The notes: generated from the sequence alone by a model not told the origin. 64,000 nt of DNA from Pseudomonadota bacterium (GCA_048498735.1 JBEHXK010000001.1:16332-80331); one strand, 5' to 3'. Shown: positions 1 to 10,702, counted from the first letter of the stretch. Made by a program: numbers and translations.

Positions 1-1
1 G

Positions 2-421
2 GAGAAAAGTAAAATAGCAAAAGCTTTATCTAATATAAGACGTAATATTGAAAAACTGTTTAAAAATGGAGAGTTTAAAAAATTGTTAAAAAATTCAGAA
101 AAAGACCATGGCATAAAAATAGAAGAGCCGGAAGCTTTGCGAGAATTGTTTATTAATCAGCAAGTTTTCAATAAATTTCATGATACAATTCAGCCAATGG
201 AAAGAAGGTTATTTTATGAATCTTTGGCAGATTGTGATGAAAGTGTAAGGAAAGAATTTTATTTATTATTCCGTGATAATAATGATAAAGGAAAGAAAGG
301 TTTTAGTGCAGAAGATTTAAAGCGGCTAAGTGACTTAGCTTTATGGCCTGGAGAATTAGAAAAATTTGAAAGCGAATATCAAAGTAAAAAACAGCAAGCT
401 AAGGTTCTTCAACGTAAATAA
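2..421 (+). CDS. hypothetical protein, C-terminal fragment (frame open to left window edge)
   Basis: Frame is stop-free from nt 2 to TAA 419-421; charged K/E-rich sequence; no motif I recognise. Confidence 0.45.
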   Translation, partial: EKSKIAKALSNIRRNIEKLFKNGEFKKLLKNSEKDHGIKIEEPEALRELFINQQVFNKFHDTIQPMERRLFYESLADCDESVRKEFYLLFRDNNDKGKKGFSAEDLKRLSDLALWPGELEKFESEYQSKKQQAKVLQRK

Positions 422-1166
422 CCCGCGCTCAACTCTGTTTTCCTTAATTTTTTATATTTGGATTGTTATTGCCATGGTGTTGGCTTTGCCATTTATTTTT
501 TCTTATCGCATAACGTATGAACTAATGGCGCTTTGGTGCGCATCAATTCTTTGGCTTTTTAAGAAAATAATAGGGTGTGATTATAGGATTGAGGGATTCG
601 ATAATTTACCTAAAGAAGGTGGTTATGTAATTGCTTCAAAACACCAGTCGGCTTGGGAAACTATTGCGCCGTTTACCTTTTTATCAAAAGCCACCTTCGT
701 ATATAAAAAGGAGCTTGGATCTATACCTTTTTATGGGTGGTACAATAAAGCGGTGCATAATATAAAAGTTGATAGAAAGGCTGGTGGGGCGGCCCTGAAA
801 AAAGTTGTTTTGCAGGCCACTGAGCGCGTTCAGGAGGGGTATAAGGTAATTATATTTCCTCAGGGTACTCGGGTTCGTTTTGATCAGCCTGAGGTGGAGT
901 ATAAGCCTGCGATATATGCAATGTATAAGGCCGGTTTGCCAATTTATCCGGCGGCCCTTAATTCCGGCAATTTCTGGCCAAAGGATGGAGCAAAAAAATC
1001 GGGAACTATTGTAATGAAATTTATGCCAAGAATATCACCCGGCCTGTCACGTGAAGATTTTATGGCGCGGCTAAAGGCTTGTATTGAAATAGAATCCAAT
1101 GCGTTAAATGATTCTGGTCATAAACATAGTCCGTTTTGTGGTTGCCATAACCAATCAGATGAATAG
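366..1166 (+). CDS. plsC: 1-acyl-sn-glycerol-3-phosphate acyltransferase (lysophospholipid acyltransferase family)
   Basis: N-terminal TM helix, acyltransferase boxes KHQSAWET and FPQGTR; start uncertain (TTG 366 overlaps upstream ORF, ATG 474 is the alternative). Confidence 0.8.
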   Translation: MKANIKVKNSKLRFFNVNNPRSTLFSLIFYIWIVIAMVLALPFIFSYRITYELMALWCASILWLFKKIIGCDYRIEGFDNLPKEGGYVIASKHQSAWETIAPFTFLSKATFVYKKELGSIPFYGWYNKAVHNIKVDRKAGGAALKKVVLQATERVQEGYKVIIFPQGTRVRFDQPEVEYKPAIYAMYKAGLPIYPAALNSGNFWPKDGAKKSGTIVMKFMPRISPGLSREDFMARLKACIEIESNALNDSGHKHSPFCGCHNQSDE

Positions 1167-1355
1167 CTATTTTATAGCCAAGTAATCATCCTGCAACAAA
1201 ACTCAAAAAAATTGATCCAGAGACTTCCGGTTATAAACTTTTAAGTTTATTATTTTTTTATTTTACATTTATGTTAGAATGCTATAAGGCATGCTCCTTG
1301 TTTTTTTGTTCTTATTTAAGGCTTTTAATAACAACTAACCAATAAGGAACAAATA

Positions 1356-2555
1356 ATGAACACATATGCCACCGTTGGAGAGGTTGTAGATAACGTCCCT
1401 CCAGACCACCCCCAGCATGTATTTAGGGAGCATACCCTTAAAAAAGCCGCAAATTTTTTCCTCAATAATTTTAAAGGGCGTATTCTATACGCAGTAAAAA
1501 CTAACCCTGCACCTTATGTGATCAAAAAGGTGTTTGAATCCGGTATCTCTTCATTTGACGTAGCTTCGATCGAAGAAGTTCGTCTGGTGAAATCTTTGGT
1601 CCCTGAAGCTAAATTATGCTTTATGCACACTATCAAATCTCGTGCTGCTATTAAAGAAGCATATTTTACGCACGGCATCCGTGATTTCTCTCTCGATTCA
1701 GAAGAAGAACTTAATAAAATCATCAGTGAAACTGGCGAGGCAAAAGATTTAAATCTATATGTCCGTCTGGCTATCCCAAATACATATGCAGAACTTAATC
1801 TTTCCGATAAATTCGGTATATCTCTAAAAGATGCACCAAACCTACTAAAACTTGCTCGTGAAAAAGCCGCGAAGCTAGGTATGTGTTTCCATGTGGGTTC
1901 TCAATGCATGCATCCTGATGCTTATCGTATCGCAATGCGTATGGTAAAAAACGTTATCAATAAAGCTGGTGTTCAGATTGAAATGCTGGATGTTGGCGGT
2001 GGTTTCCCATCGGTTTATCCTGGTATGATCCCACCTGATATGGAGAGCTACTTCTCTACGATTCATGATGAATTCAAGAAATTCAAAAATTACAAAGAAA
2101 TTGAATTAATGTGTGAACCTGGAAGGGCAATTGTTGCAGAATCTGGTTCTGTAATTGTTCGCGTTGAGTTACGCAAAGATTCATTCCTTTATATAAATGA
2201 TGGCACATATGGCTCATTATTTGATGCAGGAACTCCACATTTTATCTTCCCGGTAAAATTATGGCGTCCTGGTAAAACTGAGCATTCAGAAAACATCATG
2301 CCGTTTTCATTCTTTGGCCCAACTTGCGATACGCTTGATTTCATGAAAGGGCCATTTTATTTGCCTGAAGATGTAAAAGAAGGTGATTATATAGAAATAG
2401 GGCAGCTTGGTGCTTATGGCCATACACTAGCAACGCAATTTAACGGGTTTAAACCTGCGACCGAGGTTATTAGCGTTGGTGATGAGCCTCTCATGACAAT
2501 GTATGATGAAGATCATATAGTTTCGGCAGAGCCTTTAGAAGTTGTGGCAGCATAA
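1356..2555 (+). CDS. ornithine (Orn/Lys/Arg family) decarboxylase, alanine-racemase-fold eukaryote-type
   Basis: YAVKTNP (PLP lysine), FHVGSQC, DVGGGFP, EPGRAIV, GPTCDTLD; RBS AAGGAA upstream of ATG. Confidence 0.88.
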   Translation: MNTYATVGEVVDNVPPDHPQHVFREHTLKKAANFFLNNFKGRILYAVKTNPAPYVIKKVFESGISSFDVASIEEVRLVKSLVPEAKLCFMHTIKSRAAIKEAYFTHGIRDFSLDSEEELNKIISETGEAKDLNLYVRLAIPNTYAELNLSDKFGISLKDAPNLLKLAREKAAKLGMCFHVGSQCMHPDAYRIAMRMVKNVINKAGVQIEMLDVGGGFPSVYPGMIPPDMESYFSTIHDEFKKFKNYKEIELMCEPGRAIVAESGSVIVRVELRKDSFLYINDGTYGSLFDAGTPHFIFPVKLWRPGKTEHSENIMPFSFFGPTCDTLDFMKGPFYLPEDVKEGDYIEIGQLGAYGHTLATQFNGFKPATEVISVGDEPLMTMYDEDHIVSAEPLEVVAA

Positions 2556-2560
2556 ATCGA

Positions 2561-2591
2561 AATTTGGCCCAAATTCTCTATGGGCCAAATT
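2561..2591. promoter_or_regulatory. perfect 11-bp inverted repeat (AATTTGGCCCA n9 TGGGCCAAATT) in the spacer between the decarboxylase and DHS-like genes
   Basis: Read directly; no adjacent T-run, so more likely an mRNA stem-loop or attenuator than a strong terminator. Confidence 0.4.
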
Positions 2592-2659
2592 AGCCAAAAA
2601 ATCTGTTTTAATTTTCCAAAAAATCTCTAAACAATATTTGCATTAATAAGGAAAAATTA

Positions 2660-3622
2660 ATGAGCATCACAAAATTCATCGATAATAACTATTTTCACTT
2701 CAATGCCGCTGCGTTAAAAGACGCTGCCAAGGCATATAAAAAACATATCGATGAGGGTAAATTGATGTTTGTTACTCTTGCTGGCGCTATGTCTACGGCA
2801 GAACTTGGTATTTCTCTGGCGGAGATGATCCGCAAAGGCAAAGTTCACGGTATTTGCTGTACTGGTGCAAATCTTGAAGAAGATTTTTTTAATGCAATTG
2901 CGCATGATTTTTATAAGCGCATCTCAAATTATCGTGATCTTACTCCAAAAGACGAAGAAGAGCTGGTTGAGCACCATTTTAACCGAGTAACAGATACTTG
3001 TATCCCTGAAGAAGAGGCAATGAGGCGTTTGGAAAACTTTATTGTGCCTCTATGGAAGGCTGCTTCTGATAATAAACAACCTAAATTCCCTCATGAATTC
3101 ATGTACGAAATAGCCCGCAATCCGGAATTCATCAAAGCATTGCAAATTCCAAAAGAAAATAGCTGGCTGATAGCAGCGGCCGAAAAAAATCTACCGATTT
3201 TTGTTCCAGGTTGGGAAGACTCAACTTTTGGTAATTTCTTTGTTGGTCATACATTTAAAAATAATTTTGATGTCCGTTCGGTTAAATCCGGCCTTGAATA
3301 TATGCGTGAGCTGGTGCTTTGGTATAAAAAGATAACTAAAGATAATCAGCTGGGCTTCTTCCAGGTTGGTGGTGGTATAGCAGGTGATTTCCCTATTTGT
3401 GTAGTGCCGCTAATTCACCAGGATCTTGAAGAGGATGCAAAACTTTGGGGCTACTTCTGCCAGATTACAGATGCTCAAGAAAGTTATGGTGGTTATTCAG
3501 GGGCACTTCCAAATGAAAAAATTACCTGGGGTAAATTAGGTATAGATACACCTAAATACGTAATTCACTCTGATGCAACGATCGTTGCGCCGCTGATTTT
3601 TAACTACGTTCTGGGTAATTAA
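2660..3622 (+). CDS. deoxyhypusine synthase family protein (candidate DHS-like homospermidine synthase)
   Basis: 320 aa; TLAGAMSTAELG, GICCTGANLEED, QVGGGIAGDFP and DAQESYGGYSGA blocks typical of DHS-like enzymes. Confidence 0.75.
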   Translation: MSITKFIDNNYFHFNAAALKDAAKAYKKHIDEGKLMFVTLAGAMSTAELGISLAEMIRKGKVHGICCTGANLEEDFFNAIAHDFYKRISNYRDLTPKDEEELVEHHFNRVTDTCIPEEEAMRRLENFIVPLWKAASDNKQPKFPHEFMYEIARNPEFIKALQIPKENSWLIAAAEKNLPIFVPGWEDSTFGNFFVGHTFKNNFDVRSVKSGLEYMRELVLWYKKITKDNQLGFFQVGGGIAGDFPICVVPLIHQDLEEDAKLWGYFCQITDAQESYGGYSGALPNEKITWGKLGIDTPKYVIHSDATIVAPLIFNYVLGN

Positions 3623-3631
3623 TTTTACTTC

Positions 3632-4315
3632 TTAATCAAGAACTGAGCGTTCGCCCACAAGGTTTTCAAGCTTTTCCTTAACTGCGTCATATGCTGCCTG
3701 AGAGTTACGCTTTTCAAGGGCACCTATGATATTTTCCTGGTGCCCCTTCCATTTAACAGCACATTCATAACTACTACATGATTTTTTATGATCGGTTGTT
3801 TCCGAGATCTTTTTGCGAATATTTGAGATAACATCATACATTTGATGTAACATCGAGTTCTTGGATAGAGAGGCTATCATATCATGAAATTCGATATCAA
3901 TTTTTTCCAAAGCTTTAAAATCCTTATCGCTGATACGGCACATTTGTTTTAATTTTTTTATGTCGTCATCTGATACATTTAATGCTGCTATATGAGCTAT
4001 CTGAGGTTCAAGGATCATACGTGTTTCAAGAACTTCTATGTAGTCACATTTCGTATTTATTTTTGTATAGTTTTCGCGCAATTCATCGGGTGAAATTTTA
4101 AAAAATGTACCTACACCAATCTTGCGATCAAGCAAGCCATCAACCACCATGCGATGCATAGCAGACCTTAAAGTTGTGCGATTAACATCAAGGTCTTCCG
4201 CAATTTTTCTTTCACATGGGACACGATCCCCGCTTTCAAAGCATTTCAATGAGAAATACTTTTGCAGCGACTTATAAACCTCATCACAATTCGTGTATTT
4301 TTTCTTAAATCCCAT
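3632..4315 (-). CDS. GntR-family transcriptional regulator (FadR-like, FCD C-terminal domain)
   Basis: Winged HTH ERKIAEDLDVNRTTLRSAMHRMVVDGLL plus helical C-domain; start moved to ATG 4315 (MGFKKK) because the longer ORF overlaps pdxH. Confidence 0.8.
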   Translation of the reverse strand: MGFKKKYTNCDEVYKSLQKYFSLKCFESGDRVPCERKIAEDLDVNRTTLRSAMHRMVVDGLLDRKIGVGTFFKISPDELRENYTKINTKCDYIEVLETRMILEPQIAHIAALNVSDDDIKKLKQMCRISDKDFKALEKIDIEFHDMIASLSKNSMLHQMYDVISNIRKKISETTDHKKSCSSYECAVKWKGHQENIIGALEKRNSQAAYDAVKEKLENLVGERSVLD

Positions 4316-4365
4316 AACTCTCAAATTATACCATATATTTACTGCAAAACCGCAGAAATTCAAGG

Positions 4366-4947
4366 TTATGGATATAAAATCTTGGTTTTCCAACCATTTT
4401 TTGTCTTTGTGTAGACTTCTCTGTGGTGGTAGCGGAATTTTTCGGCCTTCCAAAACTCTATAGTATTTGGCAAAATTCTCCACCCGCCCCAAAAATCTGG
4501 CCTTTTTATCTCCTTGCCCTCAAATTTCTTTTTAGTTTCTGCGAGTTGCTTTTTAAAAGCTATTCTAGATTCTAATTCTTTAGATTGCTTTGAGGTCCAG
4601 GCGCCTATTTTGCTTTCGCGAGGGCGTGAAAGGAAATATTTATCAGATTCATTTGCTGAAACTTTTTCAACCTTGCCCTCAATACGGATCTGTTTTCCTA
4701 ATGCGGGCCAATAAAAACATATGGCCGCATAAGGATTTTCAACTATTTCTTCTGATTTGCGCCCGGTATAATTTGTATAAAATACAAATCCTTTCTCATC
4801 AAAGTCCTTAAGTAATACTATACGTGCTGAGGGTTTTCCTTTTTTATTCGCGGTTGCAAGTGTGAATTCCGTAGCATCTTTTATTTCTGGATTTTTCCTG
4901 GCTTCATTAAACCAACTTGAGAATTTTTTTATTGGATCGTTGCTCAT
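4366..4947 (-). CDS. pdxH: pyridoxamine 5'-phosphate oxidase
   Basis: LATANKKGKPSARIVLLK, FVFYTNY, RIEG, SRPRESKIGAW, WGGWR, EFW; start at ATG 4947 (MSNDP). Confidence 0.9.
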   Translation of the reverse strand: MSNDPIKKFSSWFNEARKNPEIKDATEFTLATANKKGKPSARIVLLKDFDEKGFVFYTNYTGRKSEEIVENPYAAICFYWPALGKQIRIEGKVEKVSANESDKYFLSRPRESKIGAWTSKQSKELESRIAFKKQLAETKKKFEGKEIKRPDFWGGWRILPNTIEFWKAEKFRYHHREVYTKTKNGWKTKILYP

Positions 4948-5064
4948 AATTTTTGAACCGTTGAAACGGGTTTTAATATGTAAAAATTTAGTTGCTAATT
5001 TATTGCAAGGTAATATAAACTTTAATGCACGATATATCAATAAATCTAATAGTTGCGGGGCAAA

Positions 5065-6399
5065 ATGGCGTTAAATTTACAGGTACCTCAGTCTTTTAAT
5101 CTTAAACCTACGATCACGGTTATCGGCGTTGGTGGGGCAGGGGGAAATGCCGTTAACAACATGATAGAATCCAGTGTTGAGGGTGTAAAATTCGTTGTGG
5201 CGAATACTGATGCCCAGTCTATTGAAAATTCAAAATGTACAAACCGTATCCAGCTTGGAACAACTGTTACCCAGGGTTTGGGTGCTGGTTCATACCCTGA
5301 AGTGGGTAAAGCGGCCGCTGAAGAGTCTGCAGAAGAGATATTGGATTATCTTCAAGGTTCAAATATGGTATTTGTTACTGCTGGTATGGGTGGTGGTACT
5401 GGAACTGGTGCAGCACCTGTTGTAGCTCGTTTGGCGAGAGAGCAGGGCATATTGACAGTTGGGGTGGTTACAAAGCCATTCCATTTTGAGGGTACCCACC
5501 GCATGAGAGTGGCAGAACTTGGCCTGCAGGAGTTACAAAAATATGTAGATACAATGATCGTTATTCCGAACCAGAATCTTTTCCGTATAGCTGATAAGAA
5601 TACCACTTTCCTTGATGCCTTCCGTTTGGCGGATTCTGTTCTTAAATCTGGTGTTAAAGGGGTAACAGATCTTATGGTCATGCCTGGTTTAATAAACCTG
5701 GATTTTGCAGATGTTCGTTCGGTTATGTCTGAGATGGGCAAAGCGATGATGGGTACTGGTGAATCAGATGGTGAAAACAGGGCTATTAAAGCTGCTGAAG
5801 CAGCTATAGCTAACCCTCTGCTTGATAATGTTTCGATGCAGGGTGCGCGCGGAGTTCTAATCAATATCACTGGTGGTGCTGATATGACCTTATTTGAGGT
5901 TGATGAGGCGGCTAATCGTATCCGTGAAGAAGTTGACGAAAATGCAAATATCATTTTCGGTTCAACTTTTGATTCTGCGCTTGAAGGAAAAATACGTGTA
6001 TCCGTAGTTGCCACAGGTATTGATGTGGACGCAAATAATTATATGAATGCCCCTAAAGCGGCTCCTCGTGCTGCGATTGAATCTCGTGAGACTATGACAC
6101 TGCAGCCTCAGGCTATAGAGGATAATGCCTTTATATCGCGTGAACCAATTGAGCCGGCATCATACTCTCGTAATACAGAAAATTATAATAACCAGCCCGA
6201 AAGATATGAAAGGCCTCAGGCTCGTAATTCTGCTCCGACACCTCAGCCTCAGCAGGCAGGTTCTAATGGATTGTTTGGTAGCCTTTTCCGCAAAGAAGAA
6301 GGGGTGGTATCTACAGTGCAGTCACAGCAGCCAGCGCAGCAGAAGTCGAAACAGGAAGAAGAGCTTGATATTCCTGCCTTTATGCGCAGAAAAGTTTAA
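5065..6399 (+). CDS. ftsZ: cell division GTPase FtsZ
   Basis: [11 protein letters not shown], tubulin signature [11 protein letters not shown]-terminal peptide DIPAFMRRK; start at ATG 5065 (MALNLQ). Confidence 0.97.
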   Translation: MALNLQVPQSFNLKPTITVIGVGGAGGNAVNNMIESSVEGVKFVVANTDAQSIENSKCTNRIQLGTTVTQGLGAGSYPEVGKAAAEESAEEILDYLQGSNMVFVTAGMGGGTGTGAAPVVARLAREQGILTVGVVTKPFHFEGTHRMRVAELGLQELQKYVDTMIVIPNQNLFRIADKNTTFLDAFRLADSVLKSGVKGVTDLMVMPGLINLDFADVRSVMSEMGKAMMGTGESDGENRAIKAAEAAIANPLLDNVSMQGARGVLINITGGADMTLFEVDEAANRIREEVDENANIIFGSTFDSALEGKIRVSVVATGIDVDANNYMNAPKAAPRAAIESRETMTLQPQAIEDNAFISREPIEPASYSRNTENYNNQPERYERPQARNSAPTPQPQQAGSNGLFGSLFRKEEGVVSTVQSQQPAQQKSKQEEELDIPAFMRRKV

Positions 6400-6419
6400 T
6401 GATTATGTAAGGGGTTTTT

Positions 6420-7133
6420 ATGCTTAAAAACCTGTTTAACATTATCATTCCTCATCGCTGTATATGTAATAATATATTGTTTGATTATAATGCTGATCTT
6501 TGCGCTCCGTGCTGGAATAAAATCGAGTTTGTAGGGTCTAATATATGCGCTGTTTGTGGTGATATATTTGAATTTGAAATGGGTAAAGATGCTTTATGCG
6601 CAAATTGCATATCAAATAAGGTGCATTTTGATACTGCGCGTGCCGTGTTTAAATATGGAGATGGGGTTGAGAAGCTTATTACCGGTTTGAAATATATGGA
6701 TCGGACATTCTATAGCAAAATCCTCACCCGATTTATGGTTAATAAGCTTTCTGATTTAGGAAGTGTTGATATCATAACATCCGTTCCTATGCATAATCTA
6801 AGGTTATTGCGCAGGAAGTATAATCAATCGGCATTGCTGGCTAATTATATAGCAAATAGAGTTGGGAGTCGGGCAAATAATATGCTCCTTCTAAAAAATC
6901 GTAATATACCAGCTCAAGCTTCACTTTCGCGAAAAGATAGAATTAAAAATGTTCAAGGGGCAATTAAGATTAATACTAGGTTTAATAATGGTATTAAAGA
7001 TAAAAACATTTTGCTTGTTGATGATGTGATGACCACCGGTGCAACTGCTAACGAATGTGCCAAAATATTAAAAAGCGCTGGTGCTGCCAAAGTTTATGTA
7101 TTAACAGCAGCAAGAACAGTTTTGGATAGATAA
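6420..7133 (+). CDS. comF: ComF family protein (phosphoribosyltransferase-like)
   Basis: N-terminal CxxC zinc-finger pairs and PRPP motif LLVDDVMTTGAT. Confidence 0.85.
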   Translation: MLKNLFNIIIPHRCICNNILFDYNADLCAPCWNKIEFVGSNICAVCGDIFEFEMGKDALCANCISNKVHFDTARAVFKYGDGVEKLITGLKYMDRTFYSKILTRFMVNKLSDLGSVDIITSVPMHNLRLLRRKYNQSALLANYIANRVGSRANNMLLLKNRNIPAQASLSRKDRIKNVQGAIKINTRFNNGIKDKNILLVDDVMTTGATANECAKILKSAGAAKVYVLTAARTVLDR

Positions 7134-7922
7134 ATGAGAATAGCCACCTGGAATATTAATTCCGTCCGCCTTAGAAAAGATAACGTATTAAAATTTCTAA
7201 AAGAATATAATATTGATATTCTTTGCCTTCAGGAAACTAAGGTTGATGACCCTCTTTTCCCTAGCGCCGATTTTATCGCAGCGGGTTATAGAGATGTGCA
7301 TTTTTCGGGGCAGAAAAGCTATAATGGGGTAGCAATAATCTCAAAAGTATCATGTATTCTCAACCGCAAACTTGAAATCGTTAACCAAGATAAAAGACAT
7401 ATCTCAGTTAAATTTGAATTTAAAAATAAAGAGATTGAACTTCATAACCTATATATACCGGCAGGCGGAGACATACCAGATCCAGAGGTAAACCCTAAAT
7501 TCCACCATAAACTTGAATTTACAAAAGAACTTACAAAATGGTTTCCAAAAAACTGTAAAGATAAAGAGCTTATTATTGTTGGTGATCTGAATATTGCTCC
7601 ATATGAGCATGATGTATGGAGCCATAAACAGCTACTCAAGATAGTTTCTCATACACCTATAGAAGTGGAGCTGTTGCAAAAATTCCTTAAATCAATGGAT
7701 TTTGTAGATATAGCTAGAGAGTTCATTCCACACGATAAAAAGCTTTATAGCTGGTGGAGCTACAGAAACCAGGATTGGCGTAAAAGTGACCGTGGTCGCA
7801 GGCTAGACCATATTTGGGCAACTCCTAAAACGGCAAAACTTGTTAAAGGCTTTGAAATTATAAAAGATATAAGGGATTGGCCACTTACATCAGATCATGT
7901 GCCAGTCATAATCGAATTATAG
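7134..7922 (+). CDS. xthA: exodeoxyribonuclease III
   Basis: MRIATWNINSVR, LCLQETK, VGDLNIAP, SDHVPV. Confidence 0.93.
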   Translation: MRIATWNINSVRLRKDNVLKFLKEYNIDILCLQETKVDDPLFPSADFIAAGYRDVHFSGQKSYNGVAIISKVSCILNRKLEIVNQDKRHISVKFEFKNKEIELHNLYIPAGGDIPDPEVNPKFHHKLEFTKELTKWFPKNCKDKELIIVGDLNIAPYEHDVWSHKQLLKIVSHTPIEVELLQKFLKSMDFVDIAREFIPHDKKLYSWWSYRNQDWRKSDRGRRLDHIWATPKTAKLVKGFEIIKDIRDWPLTSDHVPVIIEL

Positions 7923-7975
7923 TTGCTACCTTTTCTGACAAATGCTAGTAACTTGGCCAAAAATAATAGGTTTCA

Positions 7976-9682
7976 ATGGATATATTCCAGACATATAAAG
8001 AAAAAATAGTTTCAATTTGCGGTGAGATTTTTAAGGATGCAGATAAGAAATTGTTTAATCCTATCACTGCCGAGCCACCTAAAGATTCATCTCACGGTGA
8101 TATAGCAACCAATGCAGCTATGGTTTTGTCAAAGCCTCTTGGTTTGAATCCGCGTATTATTGCAGAAAAAATTGCAACGGAATTAAAAAATCTTTCCACG
8201 GTAGAAAGTGCTGAAATTGCAGGCCCTGGTTTTATAAATATCAGACTAACAAACACATCTTGGTATGAGATTGTAAAACAGATACTGAGCAATTCAAAAG
8301 ATTATGGCCAGTCAAATATAGGTAATGGTGAGAAAATTAACGTTGAATATGTTTCTGCCAATCCAACGGGCCCAATGCATATAGGCCATGCACGTAATGC
8401 GGTAATAGGTGATGTTCTTGCCAATATACTTGAAGCCAATGGATATGATGTGATTCGTGAATATTATATAAATGATGCTGGTGCTCAGGTTAATGTGTTG
8501 GCAGAGTCAACTATGCTTCGTTATCGTGAAGCACTGGGCGAAAATATTGGCGAAATACCAAAGGGTCTATATCCGGGTGAATATCTTTGCGAAGTTGCAC
8601 AAAAAATGAAGGAAAATTTTGGTAACTCTCTTCTTGATAAACATGATGAGATAAAGCGCATTGCTATCGCTGAAATGCTTGTAATGATCAGAGAAGATTT
8701 AAAGGCATTGGGTGTACATCATCATGTATTTAGCTCTGAAGCTGAGCTGCATAAGCAAAATGCTATTCAAAAATCTGTTGGTCTTCTAGAGTCTAAAGGT
8801 CTGGTATATCGTGGAGTGCTTGAACCACCAAAGGGTAAAACCCCGGAAGATTGGGAACCTCGCGAACAGCTTTTATTTAAATCCAGCGAATTTGGTGATG
8901 ATGTCGATAGGCCGCTTCAAAAATCTGATGGGGCTTATACATATTTCTCCGGGGACATAGCCTATCACTATGACAAGATTCAGCGTGGTTTTGGTAATAT
9001 GATAATAATATTGGGTGCTGATCATGGTGGTTATGTAAAACGCCTAAAGGCTATTGTTAAAGCTCTGTCTGATGATAAATCAAAAATAGAAGCGATACTT
9101 TCCCAGCTTGTAAACTTGATGGATAATGGGCAACCTGTGAAAATGTCTAAACGAGCAGGAAATTTTGTGACCATGCGTGAGGTTATTGATGCAGTGGGCA
9201 AGGACATAGTGCGCTTTATAATGTTAACACGCAAAGCTGATGCCACTATAGATTTTGATTTAAAGAAGGTTTTAGAAACAACAAAAGAAAATCCAGTATT
9301 CTATGTGCAATATGCTCATGCAAGGATTTGCTCGGCTCTTCGTAGTGCAAAAGAGCAGGGGATAGAATCGACGGATTCTGATGATATATCGGTGCTGACA
9401 CACTCTCAGGAGCTACTTTTGATCAAAAAACTTGCAGAATATCCACGCATAATAAAATCTTCGGCACGTGAAATGGAGCCGCACCGTATTCCTTTCTATC
9501 TTTATGACCTTGCAAGCCTTTTCCATCAGCTTTGGAATCTTGGTAAGGAAGAAGGGCTAAAATTCATTGACCAGCAAAACCCTGTTGCAACAAAAGCGCG
9601 GTTAAACCTGCTTAAATCATGTAAAATCGTTATAGCCCTGGGTTTGGGAGTGCTTGGAGTTGAAGCTCTTGAAAGAATGTAG
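7976..9682 (+). CDS. argS: arginine--tRNA ligase
   Basis: SANPTGPMHIGHARN (HIGH), VKMSKRAGNFV (KMSK-like), C-terminal DALR-type anticodon domain. Confidence 0.96.
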   Translation: MDIFQTYKEKIVSICGEIFKDADKKLFNPITAEPPKDSSHGDIATNAAMVLSKPLGLNPRIIAEKIATELKNLSTVESAEIAGPGFINIRLTNTSWYEIVKQILSNSKDYGQSNIGNGEKINVEYVSANPTGPMHIGHARNAVIGDVLANILEANGYDVIREYYINDAGAQVNVLAESTMLRYREALGENIGEIPKGLYPGEYLCEVAQKMKENFGNSLLDKHDEIKRIAIAEMLVMIREDLKALGVHHHVFSSEAELHKQNAIQKSVGLLESKGLVYRGVLEPPKGKTPEDWEPREQLLFKSSEFGDDVDRPLQKSDGAYTYFSGDIAYHYDKIQRGFGNMIIILGADHGGYVKRLKAIVKALSDDKSKIEAILSQLVNLMDNGQPVKMSKRAGNFVTMREVIDAVGKDIVRFIMLTRKADATIDFDLKKVLETTKENPVFYVQYAHARICSALRSAKEQGIESTDSDDISVLTHSQELLLIKKLAEYPRIIKSSAREMEPHRIPFYLYDLASLFHQLWNLGKEEGLKFIDQQNPVATKARLNLLKSCKIVIALGLGVLGVEALERM

Positions 9683-9724
9683 TAGCTCTTGCGCTAGAAA
9701 AACATTTAATTATTGAGGCTTCAA

Positions 9725-10702
9725 ATGGCGAAACCAGAACTAGATGAACAGGAAACGGGGAACAGGTTTGCAGATGGCCTGTTAATGCCAATATTCGCAG
9801 TTGCTGCGGTATTTCTATTCGTGATTCTTTGCTTTTATGCATATGACCATGTGATGAAAAACAAAAAATCTGGCGATATAGTTGTGCTGGATGAAGATAA
9901 TTCATCATTCAAAGTTGCACCTCAAGATCCAGGTGGAATGCAGGTTGAACATACAGATAAAGCTGTATTCAATACGGTTACCGGCCAGAAAGAAAATATC
10001 GATGATGCAAAAGTGAATGTTCAGGATTCTGAAAAGGCCATATCTCCTGCCCAACTTTCTGACTCAGTCGATAATGCTGATAAAAGTTCTACAGTTACTA
10101 TCGATGCTAATAATATGCAGGAACCTTCTCAGCCCAAAATTCTTGGTGATGCAGTTTCTGCGGATAAATCGGAACCTGATGCAAGTGCCAGCATAAAAGA
10201 AGATTCTTCTATTGATGAAGCTTCGGCTGCTTTGAAAGATGATACAGTTACGGCCACCGTACAACCATCTACAGCAAATTCTACAATAACTGCGCCAACA
10301 TCTGCTTCTCAGGAAGATCAGGCAAAAAATAAACCAGTTCAAGCTGTCGTGAGCAAAGAAACTGATAAATCTACCGGTGAGAGTAAAACTATTATCAATT
10401 TCCATGACCAGCCTAAATCATTAGCAGCAAAATCTGGATCTTCTGGCACAGAAACTGGAAAGTTCTATGTCCAGATCAGCTCTCATTCATCTAAGTCAGA
10501 TGCTGACGCTGCATGGAAAAGCTTTAGCCAAAAATATTCTGCTGAAATCGGAAAACATTCTAAAAATGTGACTGAAGCAGAGGTAAAAGGAAAAACATTC
10601 TATAGGCTTAGCTTTGGACCATTTGCAGATAGATCTGCTGCTTCTACCCAATGTGGAATATTGAAAGCTAAAGGGCAGGATTGCATAATTCAGAAGTTTT
10701 AG
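9725..10702 (+). CDS. SPOR domain-containing membrane protein
   Basis: N-terminal TM helix, long disordered S/T/D/K-rich linker, C-terminal SPOR fold (FYVQISSHSSKSDADAAW ... FYRLSFGPF); argS-SPOR adjacency is common in alphaproteobacteria. Confidence 0.8.
   Translation: MAKPELDEQETGNRFADGLLMPIFAVAAVFLFVILCFYAYDHVMKNKKSGDIVVLDEDNSSFKVAPQDPGGMQVEHTDKAVFNTVTGQKENIDDAKVNVQDSEKAISPAQLSDSVDNADKSSTVTIDANNMQEPSQPKILGDAVSADKSEPDASASIKEDSSIDEASAALKDDTVTATVQPSTANSTITAPTSASQEDQAKNKPVQAVVSKETDKSTGESKTIINFHDQPKSLAAKSGSSGTETGKFYVQISSHSSKSDADAAWKSFSQKYSAEIGKHSKNVTEAEVKGKTFYRLSFGPFADRSAASTQCGILKAKGQDCIIQKF

Noticed and set aside
4316-4492. N-terminal extension of the GntR ORF (to 4492) overlapping the 3' end of pdxH
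   Set aside because: The extension has no homology pattern and overlaps pdxH by more than 120 nt. The internal ATG at 4315 gives a normal-length (227 aa) wHTH regulator.
5352-6014. 220-aa ORF antisense to ftsZ
   Set aside because: It lies wholly inside the strongly supported ftsZ CDS. Its Ser/Pro/Ala/Thr-rich product is what the reverse complement of a Gly/Ala/Val-rich gene gives, and it has no RBS or motifs.
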